The translations under genes and the position numbers were made by a program. A stretch of 64,000 nucleotides of DNA from Octopus vulgaris. Its lineage: Eukaryota. The notes beneath the pieces were generated by a model that saw only the letters and a program-made list of their open reading frames with translations, was not told where the DNA came from and ran no database searches. Positions 1 to 12,988 of this stretch are shown here, in pieces (position 1 is the stretch's first letter; every line of letters begins with the position of its first letter). The DNA lies in assembly GCA_951406725.2 (NCBI GenBank), contig OX597818.1, positions 145,328,001 to 145,392,000 of the forward strand. Reading direction: 5' to 3'.

Positions 1-14
1 CCAGGTGCACACAA

Positions 15-284
15 ACGCGCACATACACATGCACGCACGCACACACACACACATTTGAATATATTTGAATACATTTGCATGCGCGTGTGTGTCCGTGTCT
101 GTGCAGCTTCCTGCTAATACGTACAAACATATGGATATATATAAGTAAATAAATATTTATGAAAGAGCAAGCGAGAGAATAAGCGCTCAATATATGAAGT
201 TTGATTTACCTGTTCGGTCGGAACTGATAAATCCTTTAGCTGCTTCAGCCAACGCGCACAGGCACGCACACATGCACGTGTACA

Positions 285-347
<63 letters not shown>

Positions 348-370
348 GCACACACACGCACACACACACA
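15..370. repeat. (CACG)n/(CA)n microsatellite region
   Basis: Pure (GCAC)n run at about 285-336 flanked by CA repeats. Confidence 0.9.
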
Positions 371-495
371 TGAGGATTACAAATAAAAGAACGCTGGAAA
401 CATAAGGCCGAGTTTATATTTATTTATTTGGAAACAACCACTTATTGACATCATAGCTACCAGGGGTTTCATACATGTAACTAATATGCAGAAGT

Positions 496-810
496 CATCA
501 TCATCATTGTTCGACCGTGTTACTATATTACGCCAGACTTCACGGTCCATCATAGCATTACGGAGGTCCTGTTGCTCGATGCCTGTATCCCTGGAGATTA
601 AATCAGGGTAGGGGAGTGTGCTCCTTCTGGTATCGCGAGCAGATGGCTTCCAGAGGAGAAGAGTAGAAATTACCTCGTTTTCAGTTCTACAACAATGGAC
701 TCTTCTACCTGTCACAAGAGGTGACACAGGTGGTAATTTCCAATATATTTGTCGAGCTCAAACTTTCTCGTGGAAACGGCATCCAATCAAAGTAAAAATA
801 TATGGGAAAT
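496..810 (-). mobile_element. 5'-truncated RTE-type LINE with 5' inversion, (GAT)n tail and 11-bp TSD
   Basis: Minus 751-496 encodes QIYWKLPPVSPLVTGRRV..HCCRTENEVISTLLLWKP..TLPYPDLISRDTGIEQQDLRNAMMDREVWRNIV (RTE-like ORF2 C-terminus), then (GAT)n. Plus 753-812 encodes the preceding segment RAQTFSWKRHPIKVKIYGKL. TATGCAGAAGT occurs at 485-495 and 811-821. Confidence 0.8.
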
Positions 811-959
811 TATGCAGAAGTAAGTAGTAGACAACAACTGACCTCATCAAGCCAGTAGTTCAAGTGATTATCATTATTAAAACCATATCACGCGGCTGAA
901 TGTCCCTGAAGTACTAGGGTGTCAAAGAACTTTTCGACGATTCTCGTTAGAAGCGATGG

Positions 960-1068
960 TTATGAGTTTATGTCTATGTGTGGGACTTTTAGGCATCTGC
1001 AGATGCCTAAAAATCCCACTCATAAACAAAAACTCATAAAAGTCCCACTGATAGACATAAACTCATAA
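960..1068. repeat. Fold-back inverted repeat with an extra tandem arm
   Basis: Perfect 26-bp palindrome TTTTAGGCATCTGCAGATGCCTAAAA (987-1012) extended by imperfect arms to 960-1039. A third copy of the arm lies at about 1038-1068. Confidence 0.85.
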
Positions 1069-1524
1069 GAACCCCCCCCCCGCAAAAAAAACTCAACTGT
1101 TATAACAACACTTTTGACCCCTCGTTCATTGATATTACTGTCTTCATTTTCGCTAGGCAAAACGTGCAATTTCCTGATCCGTTAAAATTAGAAATAGCTT
1201 TATCGACAATGCTCTATGGGAGTAGAGGGTCTTCAGATCCATGTTTCCGGTGATTCCGGAAGAATTAGGGCAGAAACACATGGTTTTTCCCGGTTTCATA
1301 ATCTAAATGAGTGAAGATGGTGCTTGTAACAACTTGAAAGTGTTTGTAGAGATTCCCGTGTAATATATTTCTGTACCATTGAAGAGTGATATGGATGCTC
1401 GATATATGCAATTACATGATATTCCGATGGTATGTAAATTTAAAACTTCAAGCTTCCTCCCATTATTGTAGCCTGTCTAACCATTATGGTTGACATCATG
1501 AACGATATTAGCTTCATTACTGCC

Positions 1525-1862
1525 AAGACAACGACAACAACGACGACGACAACGACGACGACGATGACTACCACCACCACCACCACCACCATCATCATCA
1601 TCACCTACACACCTGCATCATCCGCATCATCATTCTTATAATCTTCTTCATAACTATCACTACAGCTATTAGCACCACTCGTCGTCATCCTTTTCTTCTT
1701 CCCCCTTCTCCCATCCTCCTTTCCCCCCTCCTCTTGCTTCCCCCCTTCCTCCCCTGCACCTTCATTCTCCTCCTCTTCTCCTCTTCTTCCTTATCCTTCC
1801 TCCTCTTTTTCCTCCTCCCCTCCCCTCATCTTCTTCTTCTTCCTCCTCCCTCTCCTCTTCCA
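1525..1862. repeat. Low-complexity (ACG/ACC/ATC)n and CT-rich tract
   Basis: Visible trinucleotide runs and a polypyrimidine stretch. Confidence 0.85.
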
Positions 1863-1869
1863 ACTCTTT

Positions 1870-2600
1870 AATATCACAGAAGTGGTAGATATTAAAGGTA
1901 CTTTTTAAGCTGATCGTTTGTGTGTTCGAAAGCTGTAGGTATGTAAGTTTCCTAACTTATTTTATTTTGAGGGAGATTTAAAATATTCACAGGAACTTGT
2001 AGATATTCCAGTCTTTGGGAATAGTAGGAGGAATAGTTGTTCACCTTCTTGAATTTTTGAATTTCTGAATTTCTTTTCTTTCTCTTTTAGAATTTTTCTT
2101 TTCATTTTAAAAGTTTTGCTGTGGTTTACAGTTTTTTCTAGTTGTACAGTATGTATATATTGGCAGATGCTTACCTCCTTAATTTTTATCGTGCATTTAA
2201 TTGTGTTGTTACAATAAAACGCATGTTTAGATATTCTGTTAGGGAAAAAGGAAAGATAAAATGTTCACACAAAATTGGAGATATTAAAGTTTCTAAATTT
2301 TTTGAGGTGTTCGGTTTGTATGTCCGTTCAAAGAAGGCTGGGGTATTTTTTTTTCAATAAAAAGGATGTTTACATTTTCGAATATTCAGTGAGAAAGGGA
2401 AGAAAAGAAAAGGAAAGTAAAATTTTTTCACAGAAAATTGTAGATATTAAGGTTTTAAAATTTACTGGAGATGATCTTTTGTCTGTCCGGACAGAGAAAA
2501 CTGTAGTGCTCTTGGAATAAAGAGGACGTTTACATTTTTGAATCCTCGGGGGGGAAATAAAAAGATAGGTATTCACAGAAGCTGTAGATATTAAAGAATT
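1870..2600. repeat. Degenerate tandem repeat, units about 110-165 bp
   Basis: Motif CACAGAA..TGTAGATATT recurs near 1876, 1988, 2266, 2429 and 2573. The two units spanning 2266-2592 also share TGTCCG..AATAAA.AGGA.GTTTACATTTT.GAAT. Confidence 0.7.
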
Positions 2601-2800
2601 AGAAGTCGGCTGGACGTGTTCTTCGCTACTCTGACATGTCAGCAGCTGAAGACACAGAAACACTAATACAACACAGCAGGACAACTGAAGAATAACTCTA
2701 AAAGACAAGAATATTTACAGTTTCCTGTGAGTATTTTGAATTTCCCTCAAAATTAAGTTAAAGAAATTACATATAAACATAAACGATCAGCTTTAAAATC

Positions 2801-2844
<44 letters not shown>

Positions 2845-2854
2845 GCAGCGATGC

Positions 2855-3135
2855 ATAATAATAGACATCGCAATCACTTCTGACGAAAACGTTGTCCAAG
2901 TTGAGTGGGAAAACCACAATTCATGAAAAAAATACAAGTATCTTGAAATTGAAATATTCGAGAGATAAGGCCTGGGGGTCAAAGCAATTCTAAATGTAAC
3001 CGAAGCGTTAAGTAAAATTAAAAAATATGGAAAGAAACATAGAAGTCGTACCAGGGATCACAACATGACATATTGTTCAAAAGATAGCTCTGCAAAGAAC
3101 AGCTCACACCATACTCAAGACAGTGTCGATGAGAA
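2855..3135 (+). mobile_element. R4/Dong-type LINE 3' fragment (restriction-like endonuclease region)
   Basis: Translates with breaks to IIDIAITSDENV..KYKYLEIEI..VPGI..VQKIALQRTAH..LKTVS, next to (TTA)n at 2802-2843. Confidence 0.7.
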
Positions 3136-3432
3136 TATTTCAAATAGAACGTTTTTCGCACTCAGGGCACATAACGTGTAACCTACACAATGCGTATCTA
3201 ATAATCTAAAACATCACAACATACGCTTTAAAAATGCCCAACAATATGTCAGAACTCATATTACCCGCAGCATGCACGACAGACCAAACACCGTTATAAC
3301 AAGAAACAAACTAAATGCCATAACAAAACAAACAGTTGTGGTACGCCAACGGGAGGAGACTTTAGTCTTCCAATTTCCACGAAAATAAGAACACAATGCT
3401 ACCTTGCGCCTAGATAAGAAAGAATTATTAAA

Positions 3433-3770
3433 GATGGCGGAGTGGCAGAATGTCTATCAAAACGCCTAGCAGTGTTATGACTCTATCTGCACCGAAGTCA
3501 AATTTATCTTTTATGCTTTTGGGCCAATAGTATACAGAACCAGTCAAGTACTGGGAACAATTGTTTAGATTAACCCCTCCGCCAACATTTCAATCGTTAT
3601 CGTGTCGTAATTGTTTGGGCTCTTTACGTTCTGAATTCAAATTCCACCCAAGTCACCTTTATCTTTCATCCTTCTGGGGTGAATGAAATAAATTACTACT
3701 CAAATACTGGGGTTGATGTAATCAATTTAAACCTCCTTTAAAAATAGCTGGCATTGTGCCTAAGTATGAA
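3433..3770 (+). mobile_element. Two degenerate copies of tRNA-derived SINE family B
   Basis: GGCGGAGTGGCAGAA head, TTACGTTCTGAATTCAAATTCC B-box region and CTTTCATCCTT..GGGGT..AAATA...TACTGGGGTTGATGTAATC core, all shared with 11426-11658. Confidence 0.7.
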
Positions 3771-4244
3771 AAAAACCAAAAAAACCCCCACTCTCACCAA
3801 CTCACCACCTCACCCCCTCACTCCCATACCCCCTCACCACCAACATCATCATAAACGCCATCGTCGTTAATGATAAATAATAATCATCATCGTCATCAGT
3901 CGCCAAAACCTACAGTGGCATTAAAAAATAATCTTGAAAAAAAAGCGGCTTAGTTGTTAATCTTTTATAGGAAAGACAAGAATGTCTACATACTATTTGG
4001 AAAGAAGCTGGGTGGGCGAATAAAAACAACAACAACAACAACAACAACAACAATACACATGCAAGATGTTTGCGAGGATCTACAGATAAGGAAAAGAAAC
4101 GGTGGGAACTAGGGCAGGATTATTACACTAAGATAGGTAGATATATTAAATACTAACCCATTCAAGCAGGCTTTATCTAAGCCACAAGACAAACTTCGTT
4201 TTCCAATGTGATTTTTTCTTCTGTCAACTTACCAAGAAACCTGT

Positions 4245-4630
<386 letters not shown>

Positions 4631-4889
4631 TCTGTCGATCAATCTACTTATAATTACATATAGATACACATACATACTTGTACATAATCACATACCAGTC
4701 AAATAACACACATACACACACCCACTAATACACACACACTCGCGTGCACGCACACACATTCACCTGCCTATCAAGTGATCAAGATATCTGCCTCTCTATC
4801 CATTTCTTTTCCGTTTGTCTGTCTTTGGTGTTTCAGCTTTTATCTTCGATACTTCATGTTTCTATATATCTCTTTATCAATTTCTCAAA

Positions 4890-4930
4890 GTCTCTCTCTC
4901 TCACTTTCTTTCTCTCTCTCTCTCTTTCTT

Positions 4931-4963
<33 letters not shown>

Positions 4964-5000
4964 TTCTTTCTCTCTCTCTCTCTTTCTTTCTCTCTCTCTT
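4890..5000. repeat. (TC)n/(TTTC)n microsatellite
   Basis: Direct inspection. Confidence 0.9.
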
Positions 5001-5589
5001 GGCTTCTCTCCATTTGTCTCAGCGCTACTTTCACACTTTTTATTCCTACTTCCATAAATAAAAATCACACACGAATGTGCTCGCATGTATACACACATAC
5101 ACAAAGGTATAACTATTCTGTGAATACGAATATCTTAATCACACAGAAGAGATAAATCCATGCATTAACATAAGCTTGTATTAGATATGTACGTAATTGT
5201 ATATACACGTCTCTATATGCATGTGTACTTAAGTGCACGGGAACGCGTGTGTGGAGAATTATAGAGATGGGATGGAAGAAAGATTGTGGGACCTTAGGTA
5301 GGTATGGAGATCAATAGATTGATAAAACTATTGAAAACAATGAAAAAATAACTAATATGTGTAAAATCAGTTATAGCAATTAGAGTTTGTTTTCTTATTT
5401 GAATAAACACAACATATGCATCTACTTGGATGCATGCTTGTGCATATGTGCATGGTGGCGCATGAGAATATGTGCACGGTGGCGCATGGGTATGTCTGTG
5501 GCAAAGAAATGCAAGACTGATTTAGTTTTATTGTATAGGAAGTGATTTACTTCTCGCTCAAATTATTCAAAAACGCTCATATCCCATAC

Positions 5590-6060
<471 letters not shown>

Positions 6061-6069
6061 TGATGGCGG

Positions 6070-6620
6070 CTACGCGGTTTCGAGCAATCCCCTCGTTTCA
6101 TTGTTCTCTTAAGCAATCAGCCATATCGACTTCATTGTTGATGCGAGCACCCCAGCCGAAATTATTGTTAACAATTTCTTCTAAATCCCTGATCCTATTA
6201 GATGCTGTGAGCGATTGCGCTGAAGGAAGAGAATAGTTTGAGCGCATTGTTTTTCTTTCCAAAGTGCATCACTTCAAATTTTCCCTTATATAACCATGTA
6301 TTATTCTTGTTTCAGCATCTCGATCAAAGCCGAGATCAGTTGCTTCTCTTTCTCATTGATGATATTCTAAAGTTTGGAGTCATCTGCGAATATTTTTATT
6401 TAGCTGTGTTCGATGACGCTTCAGATGTCATTTATATAGACTATAAGGAAACGTAGGCCCAAGACTGTCCCCTGACAGACAACACTAGCGACATTTGCTG
6501 GGCTTGAGTTCATTCTATTGATCGCAACATGTGAAATACTTAATCCAGTGCAGCGGTTTGCTATGGACTCCAATTTATGTATATGTAAATGTAAGTGCAT
6601 CATGTTGAACTGTCAATTGC
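6070..6620 (-). mobile_element. CR1/Jockey-group LINE reverse transcriptase fragment (decayed)
   Basis: Minus strand gives SVVCQGTVLGLRFLIVYINDI...IKIFADDSKL (QG..LG and YADD-type RT motifs) with stops. Confidence 0.8.
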
Positions 6621-6679
6621 TGCACCTTTTTTCTCTCTCCGGTTTTTTTTTTCATTCTTCCTCCGCTTTTTCTCCTCCA

Positions 6680-6812
6680 AGTTCTTTCTGTCGAAGAGTG
6701 TAGGGTCCAAATGTCGAGACAGTTCCAATCTTCCCGAGTGTTAAACTAATACATCTGATTGCAACTCCTCCATCGGCTTTCGTCTTTTGTTTTCTGTAGA
6801 TTTGAAATACAT
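6680..6812 (+). mobile_element. Dispersed repeat with a hammerhead-like motif, probably a PLE terminal repeat
   Basis: Homologous to 20280-20410: CTGTCGAAGAG.GTAGG.TC.AAA ... GAG.GTTAAACTAATA ... TTCGTCTTTTGTTTTCT.TA.ATTTGAA. Confidence 0.6.
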
Positions 6813-6813
6813 T

Positions 6814-6916
<103 letters not shown>

Positions 6917-7333
6917 CTCTTTTACTCATTTATTCTTTTACTTGTTTCAGTCATTTAACTGCGGCCATGCACCGCCTTTAATCGAGCAACTCGACCCGGA
7001 ACTTATTCCTTGTAAGCCTAGTACTTATTCTATCGGTCTCTTTTGCCGAACAGCTAAGTGACGGGGACATAAACACACCAGCATCGGTTGTCAAGCAATG
7101 CTAAGGGGACAAATACAGACACACAAACATGCACGCACACATGCACACACACACATATATATATATATATACATATATACGACGGGCTTCATTCAGTTTC
7201 CGCCTACCAGATCCACTCACAAGGCTTTGGTCGGCCCGAGGCTATAGTAGAAGACACTTGCCCAAGGTGCCACGCAGTGGGACTGAATCCGGACCATGTG
7301 GTTGGTAAGCAAGCTACTTACCACACAGCCACT

Positions 7334-7336
<3 letters not shown>
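6917..7336 (-). mobile_element. Near full-length tRNA-derived SINE family A with an internal (TA)n(TG)n tract
   Basis: Minus strand head AGGAGTGGCTGTGTGGTAAG (A box) and GGATTCAGTCCC (B-box-like), ending in a GTAAAAGA-type repeated tail. Collinear with 53017-53338. Confidence 0.9.
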
Positions 7337-7367
<31 letters not shown>

Positions 7368-7585
7368 AGCGAAATTCGAAAATTCTATAAAATATCTTGG
7401 AGTATGGCATACAATAACAGAAAAAAGACAATAACTCGTGATTAAAAGTAAAATGATTATTACCTCTTACATATGCGTTCAGTAAATTTTCTAATGAAAA
7501 CTTCAATATTCACATATTGGTAGTTGAACTCTTGAAATGTCTTTCAGGTTATTGCTTCGCATATAACGCATATATCGCATATATG

Positions 7586-7656
<71 letters not shown>

Positions 7657-8098
7657 ATTGGTTTTGGGCTTTGACTGAATACTAATCTTCAATACTTGAG
7701 TTTCACAAAGGTAGGGATATATTGATTAGTTGGCATCCTACTAAGCAAAACATTCGAACATTGAAGATATACAAAATATTCCAGATGTTTAAGTTCTCAT
7801 TTATTGTAAGAAGTTCTGCTGTTTACGTTAAGAGGCTTTGTTGACGACGAACGGAAGACTTTTGCGAACCGTTCCTATCTACTAAGATGCACTTGTACGC
7901 ACACACGCGCACACACACGTACGCACGCACGCACACATTCACACACGCACGCACACATATGTGCATGTATATGTATATATAAACGTGAACATGTAAACAA
8001 AAAATACATAATTGGCTGTAGCTAATTTTAATACGTGTGTGTGTGTGTGTGCGTCCATGTAGGAGCGTGTGCACGCGCGTATATATATACATATATAT

Positions 8099-8150
<52 letters not shown>

Positions 8151-8246
8151 TTATATATATACCTACATATTTATACATATATACATACGAATGTTTCCAC
8201 CTACAAAATCCTACATATTTATCTATCTATGTATCTATCTATCTAT

Positions 8247-8308
<62 letters not shown>

Positions 8309-8772
8309 ACGTATGTGAGTGTTCACACGCATATATATATATTATTATATGTAGACAATTTAAATATACTTAATATATATACATCTAAAGGTGTATAAGC
8401 ATATGTACACATATACATGCATATATTCAATAAATAGCACCACTTCTTGAAATTATACTACCCGATACTACCCGTATACGTTGGAATGTTCCTGATGACT
8501 TTAGGTGATTATGGTATAATATAGCGTTCGATGATCAGCTGTTAGAAGGGGCTGATACAATAAATAGTACAGCTCTAGGGAACATATACACCACAGAATC
8601 CGGACGTATGGCTCGAAAGGAAGTTTGATTTTTTTATGTGATGTATACATACATACATACATACATACGTACATACATATATATTCTTTTATTGTCTTAT
8701 ACATTCCAGCCCTAAGGCTGTGGCCATGCAGAGGCACCGCCAGTATTATCACCTATTAAATGGACAATCTTA

Positions 8773-8813
<41 letters not shown>

Positions 8814-9329
8814 GCTCACATAATACATTTTTTACAAAGAAATAGTTGATAATTGCTTCAGAGAGTCGGCAGTGTGGCTTGCCATCATAAGACTGTTTTA
8901 ATGTGTATATATGTATATGTGTGTGTGTATGTGAGTGTGTGTGTGTATGTGAGTGTGTGTGTGTATGTGAGTGTGTGTGTGTATGTGAGTGTGTGTGCGT
9001 GTGTGCAAAGAATCAGAGAGAGGGAGAAAGAATGACTGACTGAAGCATGGTTATTGCATTTAACAACTGACAAAATCTTTGTCGACTTTTGTTTCCCCGG
9101 AAGTAATATCCAGGACACAAGAATCGTCTTTGACGCCATAAAGCTTTCTTGGATAATACCGTAAGTGGCCTCTTTTGCTGATGCAAATCTGACATTGCAA
9201 CCTCCAGCCTCTCTATTTAAGAATATCGAAAGTACACACTCTTTCGTTCTCATATAAAACCAATACTTCCCATGACTTTTATAATTGATAGGCCGATAAT
9301 AGTTGTCACTAACGTAAATGAAACTAAAA

Positions 9330-9720
9330 TATGGAGAAAATGCAATTTCACATCTTAGCAAAAGAATGGAATTTTGGCCGGAACAAATGTTCATTTATTT
9401 CGGTTAATCGAATGAAGAGTATAGATCAGCGGCATAACCTCACTATTAATGGGCTTTCAATAACTACAACTTCGGACAATGGAAGTTACAAATACCTTGG
9501 GATATAAGAGACTATGTGTTCTAACGGCGTTGTAAAGAAAGTTAGATAGAGTAATGTAGGAATAAAGAAAGAAATATGGTGTAGGAACTTTCTTTTAGCA
9601 ATAAATCAATATTCCTCAGCACACTGGTAGTAGCTGTATTGGTTATCAATACCAATAGCTTAGCAACTTAGTTTCTTCGCTGTAAGACATCTTACATGAT
9701 ACGAAATCATGAAGAAGGAC
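9330..9720 (+). mobile_element. Highly decayed R4/Dong-like LINE fragment
   Basis: NLTINGLSITTTSDNGSYKYLGI matches the YKYLG motif downstream of the RT core. The remainder is broken. Confidence 0.45.
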
Positions 9721-10635
9721 TTGTAAATACTGGCAATTTCAACCGTCATTTTAAACAGTTAATTATAAAAGTCATATAAGCCTCTTCGATCTCGTTGTTG
9801 AAACTCCCTCAAAACAGACTCCACTGTTTTATGAAAGGAGGGTCACTTTGGAGAACATAGTTTTCCTCTCCAGAATTTTGCAAACTGCACACTCAAGCAA
9901 GAACTCATTTTCTGTTTGTCTTGTCTATATTGGTAAGGTTTATTTTTTCCGTTGTTTGTTCGGGAGTACCTCGATTCCACTATCTTCAGCTAGCTCGATT
10001 GGATTAGTGGATCTCAATCGTTTTAGAGCCTATAAGACATAAGTACACCTCGATGGGCACAGCTGCAATATCAGTGATGCGTTTGTGATCAGCTCATAGC
10101 CTGTCGTAAACTTCCATGTCACGAGTGAGAAGTTTCCATATAATCAAGTGACGTTTATAGAAATTCTGACTGATTTTATAATGTGTTAATACTTGCTAGA
10201 TGCAACAAATCGTAACACGCAGAGATTTTAAACCTCCACTGCACACTTATAGCTTTAGAATGACATTTACACTGAAAGGAATATTTGCTCTATAAAGTGC
10301 GAAAGTAGGTTTAAAGGTCAGATTATTTAGTGCTGATAAACAATAAAAACAGGGAAAAAAATTAATAAAAGAAGAAACAGAACAAAAAGTCATTACTTTG
10401 CTTAATTATTGTCCTTTGATATATTGTCATTACTAGTAATGCAACGTGACTTATTAATGAGGAGTTTAAAAATTAAAGTAGTCATGACTGGTAGTGTTTG
10501 TGTGAAATGGCCATAAAATAATTCTAGGAATAAGAACAATCTTCAGATAATGGTTTCCTGTAATGACTACGTAAGGACAATCAAATTTATCTCACATTCT
10601 TGTCATAAACAATCTTGTCCCATTCAATAGGACAA

Positions 10636-10722
<87 letters not shown>

Positions 10723-10920
10723 CATATATATATACATACATTTAATTATATATACGTGTGTATGCATATATGTATAAATACATATGTGTTTCTTTAAATA
10801 TGCGCAGACGCACACACACACACACAAAGACACAAACACACAAGCAAACATATACATACACGCATACAAACACACACTTATACGTTTATACGTGTGTGTG
10901 TGTGTGTGTACATACATACA

Positions 10921-10998
<78 letters not shown>

Positions 10999-11238
10999 GC
11001 TATTGATGTTCTCATTTTGTTAAATGAATAATTCAATATTATAATATCCGAAAGTTAATGAAAAAAATGCATTTGATTCTCCATTTTCTTATTTGTATTA
11101 TATATATATGTATATATATATATATATATATAAATCCTTAACCCTTAAAAATGTTTCAGCCAGCTGCGCCATGTGGGGCATCACGTGAATGAGCTACACT
11201 ATATATGATAGTGGACTTGATCAGCAAGGATGACGCCT

Positions 11239-11344
<106 letters not shown>

Positions 11345-11425
11345 ATATAATATGATATATATGTATGATTCAGTTGAATAAAGTACTTAAGTTGGCGCAC
11401 GTAGTTAAGTCGGAATAATATACAC

Positions 11426-11658
11426 GGGGAGCTGGCAGAATCATTGGCACGCGGGGTGAGCTGCCTAGCGGTACTTCGTCAGCTGCTACGTTCTGAGTTC
11501 AAATTCCGCCGAGGTCGACTTTGCCTTTCATCCTTTTGGGGTCTATTAGATAAGTACCAATTACGCACTGGAGTCGATGTAATCGACTTAATCCCTGTGC
11601 CTGTCCTTGTCTGTTCCCTCTATGTTTATCTCCGCCCCCTGCAAGCAATAAAGAAATA
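11426..11658 (+). mobile_element. tRNA-derived SINE family B, full length with 9-bp TSD
   Basis: A box AGCTGGCAGAA, B box GAGTTCAAATTCC, core GCCTTTCATCCTTTTGGGGTC..GATAAGTACCA and tail AATAAAGAAAT. AATATACAC at 11417-11425 and 11659-11667. Confidence 0.85.
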
Positions 11659-11776
11659 AATATACACACACCACAATAATTTTCAAATATCAAGCTTGGT
11701 ATATAAGTACCGGCAGAACGAAATTCTTGTAGTGCTTAGAAACGGCTGTAATGAATTGACACCTAGCCTTCATTTG

Positions 11777-11879
<103 letters not shown>

Positions 11880-12236
11880 ATATATATGTGTGTGTGTGTG
11901 TGTGTTTGTGTGTGTGCGTGTGTATGTGTGTGCGTGTGTATGTGTGTGCGTGTGTGTGTGTGTGTGTCTGTATGTATATTACAAACACATGCATATATGT
12001 ATGTATGCAGAGAAATATATGTCTGCATGAGCGTTTGATTTCAATATCTTTCCGTTATTTATCTCAAACTACCACTTCTGTTCTGTACCAAATTTAAATC
12101 AAAACGAATGTTTATATTAAATTTTCTAATATATATACCGAAAACCATACACATTCAACGTAAGAATATAAGTAACTCTATGATGATAATAGAAAATGTT
12201 TCACTTCGTGCGAACTTTCAGTTCTGATTGCATATA

Positions 12237-12790
12237 TGAGGTCTGATCAATAAGTGTCTGCACTGTTGCCATAATAACGAATCCTAAAGCACGCAGAGTG
12301 AAACCGCTTAGCAAAGATTGACCTTGACCTCTGCTGTGCATGCACCCTAGGTTTTAACGTTCTAACTCATTTCTGCAGTTTATAGCAGTGCTTGGAAAGA
12401 AGGTGTGTAGCGTGTGATCGTAGCATTGACCATGACAGAGAAAGTTGTCATGGCGACACCTACTCAGAGGCCTACGCAAAGTTACAGAAAGTGTAAGGAG
12501 AGAAGCGGATGAGCCTCACACAAGTGTACAAATAGTTTAGACGTTTCAAAGATGGCCGTTCTGGGAGACAGGCAACCAGCAGAACTGAGAAAACATCGCA
12601 GATGTGATAGGAAATCGTGGAATTGCCATCTGTGAGTTGTCAGAGAATGTGAAGATTAGTTAGGTTTCAGTTCAGTCCATTCTCACAGAGGATTTGGATA
12701 TGAGACGGGTTTGTGCTAAGACTGCTTTCCGCTGACCCAAAGACACTCGGGTTTTAGTTGCACAAGATCTCCTTGATTATGTCCAGAATG
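12237..12790 (+). mobile_element. Mariner-like transposon, 5' half (left TIR plus decayed N-terminal HTH region)
   Basis: TA then TGAGGTCTGATCAATAAGT (mariner-type TIR). Translation remnants SEAYAKLQKV.GEKRMSLTQVYK.FRRFKDGR..SGR..SVQSILTEDLDMRRVCAK. Confidence 0.8.
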
Positions 12791-12988
12791 TCATCATCAT
12801 CATCATTAGAGTCACAAGAACATATATAAATGATAAATATGCGAGCATGCGTGTATGTACGTATGCGCGTTTATGAGTGTGTGTGTGTATTTATATGCGT
12901 GTGTGGATCATATATGCGTGTATATGTACTTATGCATACATGTATATGTATGTATGGATGTATGTATATGTACACACACACATATATA

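Larger units (their letters stand above)
400..1480 (-). mobile_element. Penelope-like retroelement relic (GIY-YIG endonuclease remnant plus 3' terminal region), interrupted by an RTE insertion
   Basis: Minus strand 1480-1125 translates with frameshifts to CNCIYRASISLFNGTEIYYTGISTNTFK..YKHHLHSF..SIVDKAISNFNGSGNCTFCLAK. This fits the PLE GIY-YIG pattern IY.A....YIG.T.NTFK.RY..H..SF...W.I..KA...C.LCL.EK. A split hammerhead-like motif lies downstream at 855-452. Confidence 0.7.

Noticed and set aside
1870-2600. CRISPR-like repeat-spacer reading of the recurring motif
   Set aside because: Units are degenerate and homologous along their length, the context is eukaryotic and no cas genes are present.
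8885-9394. 169-aa minus-strand ORF
   Set aside because: No recognisable domain. It overlaps a decayed LINE on the other strand and ends in a TG-rich repeat.
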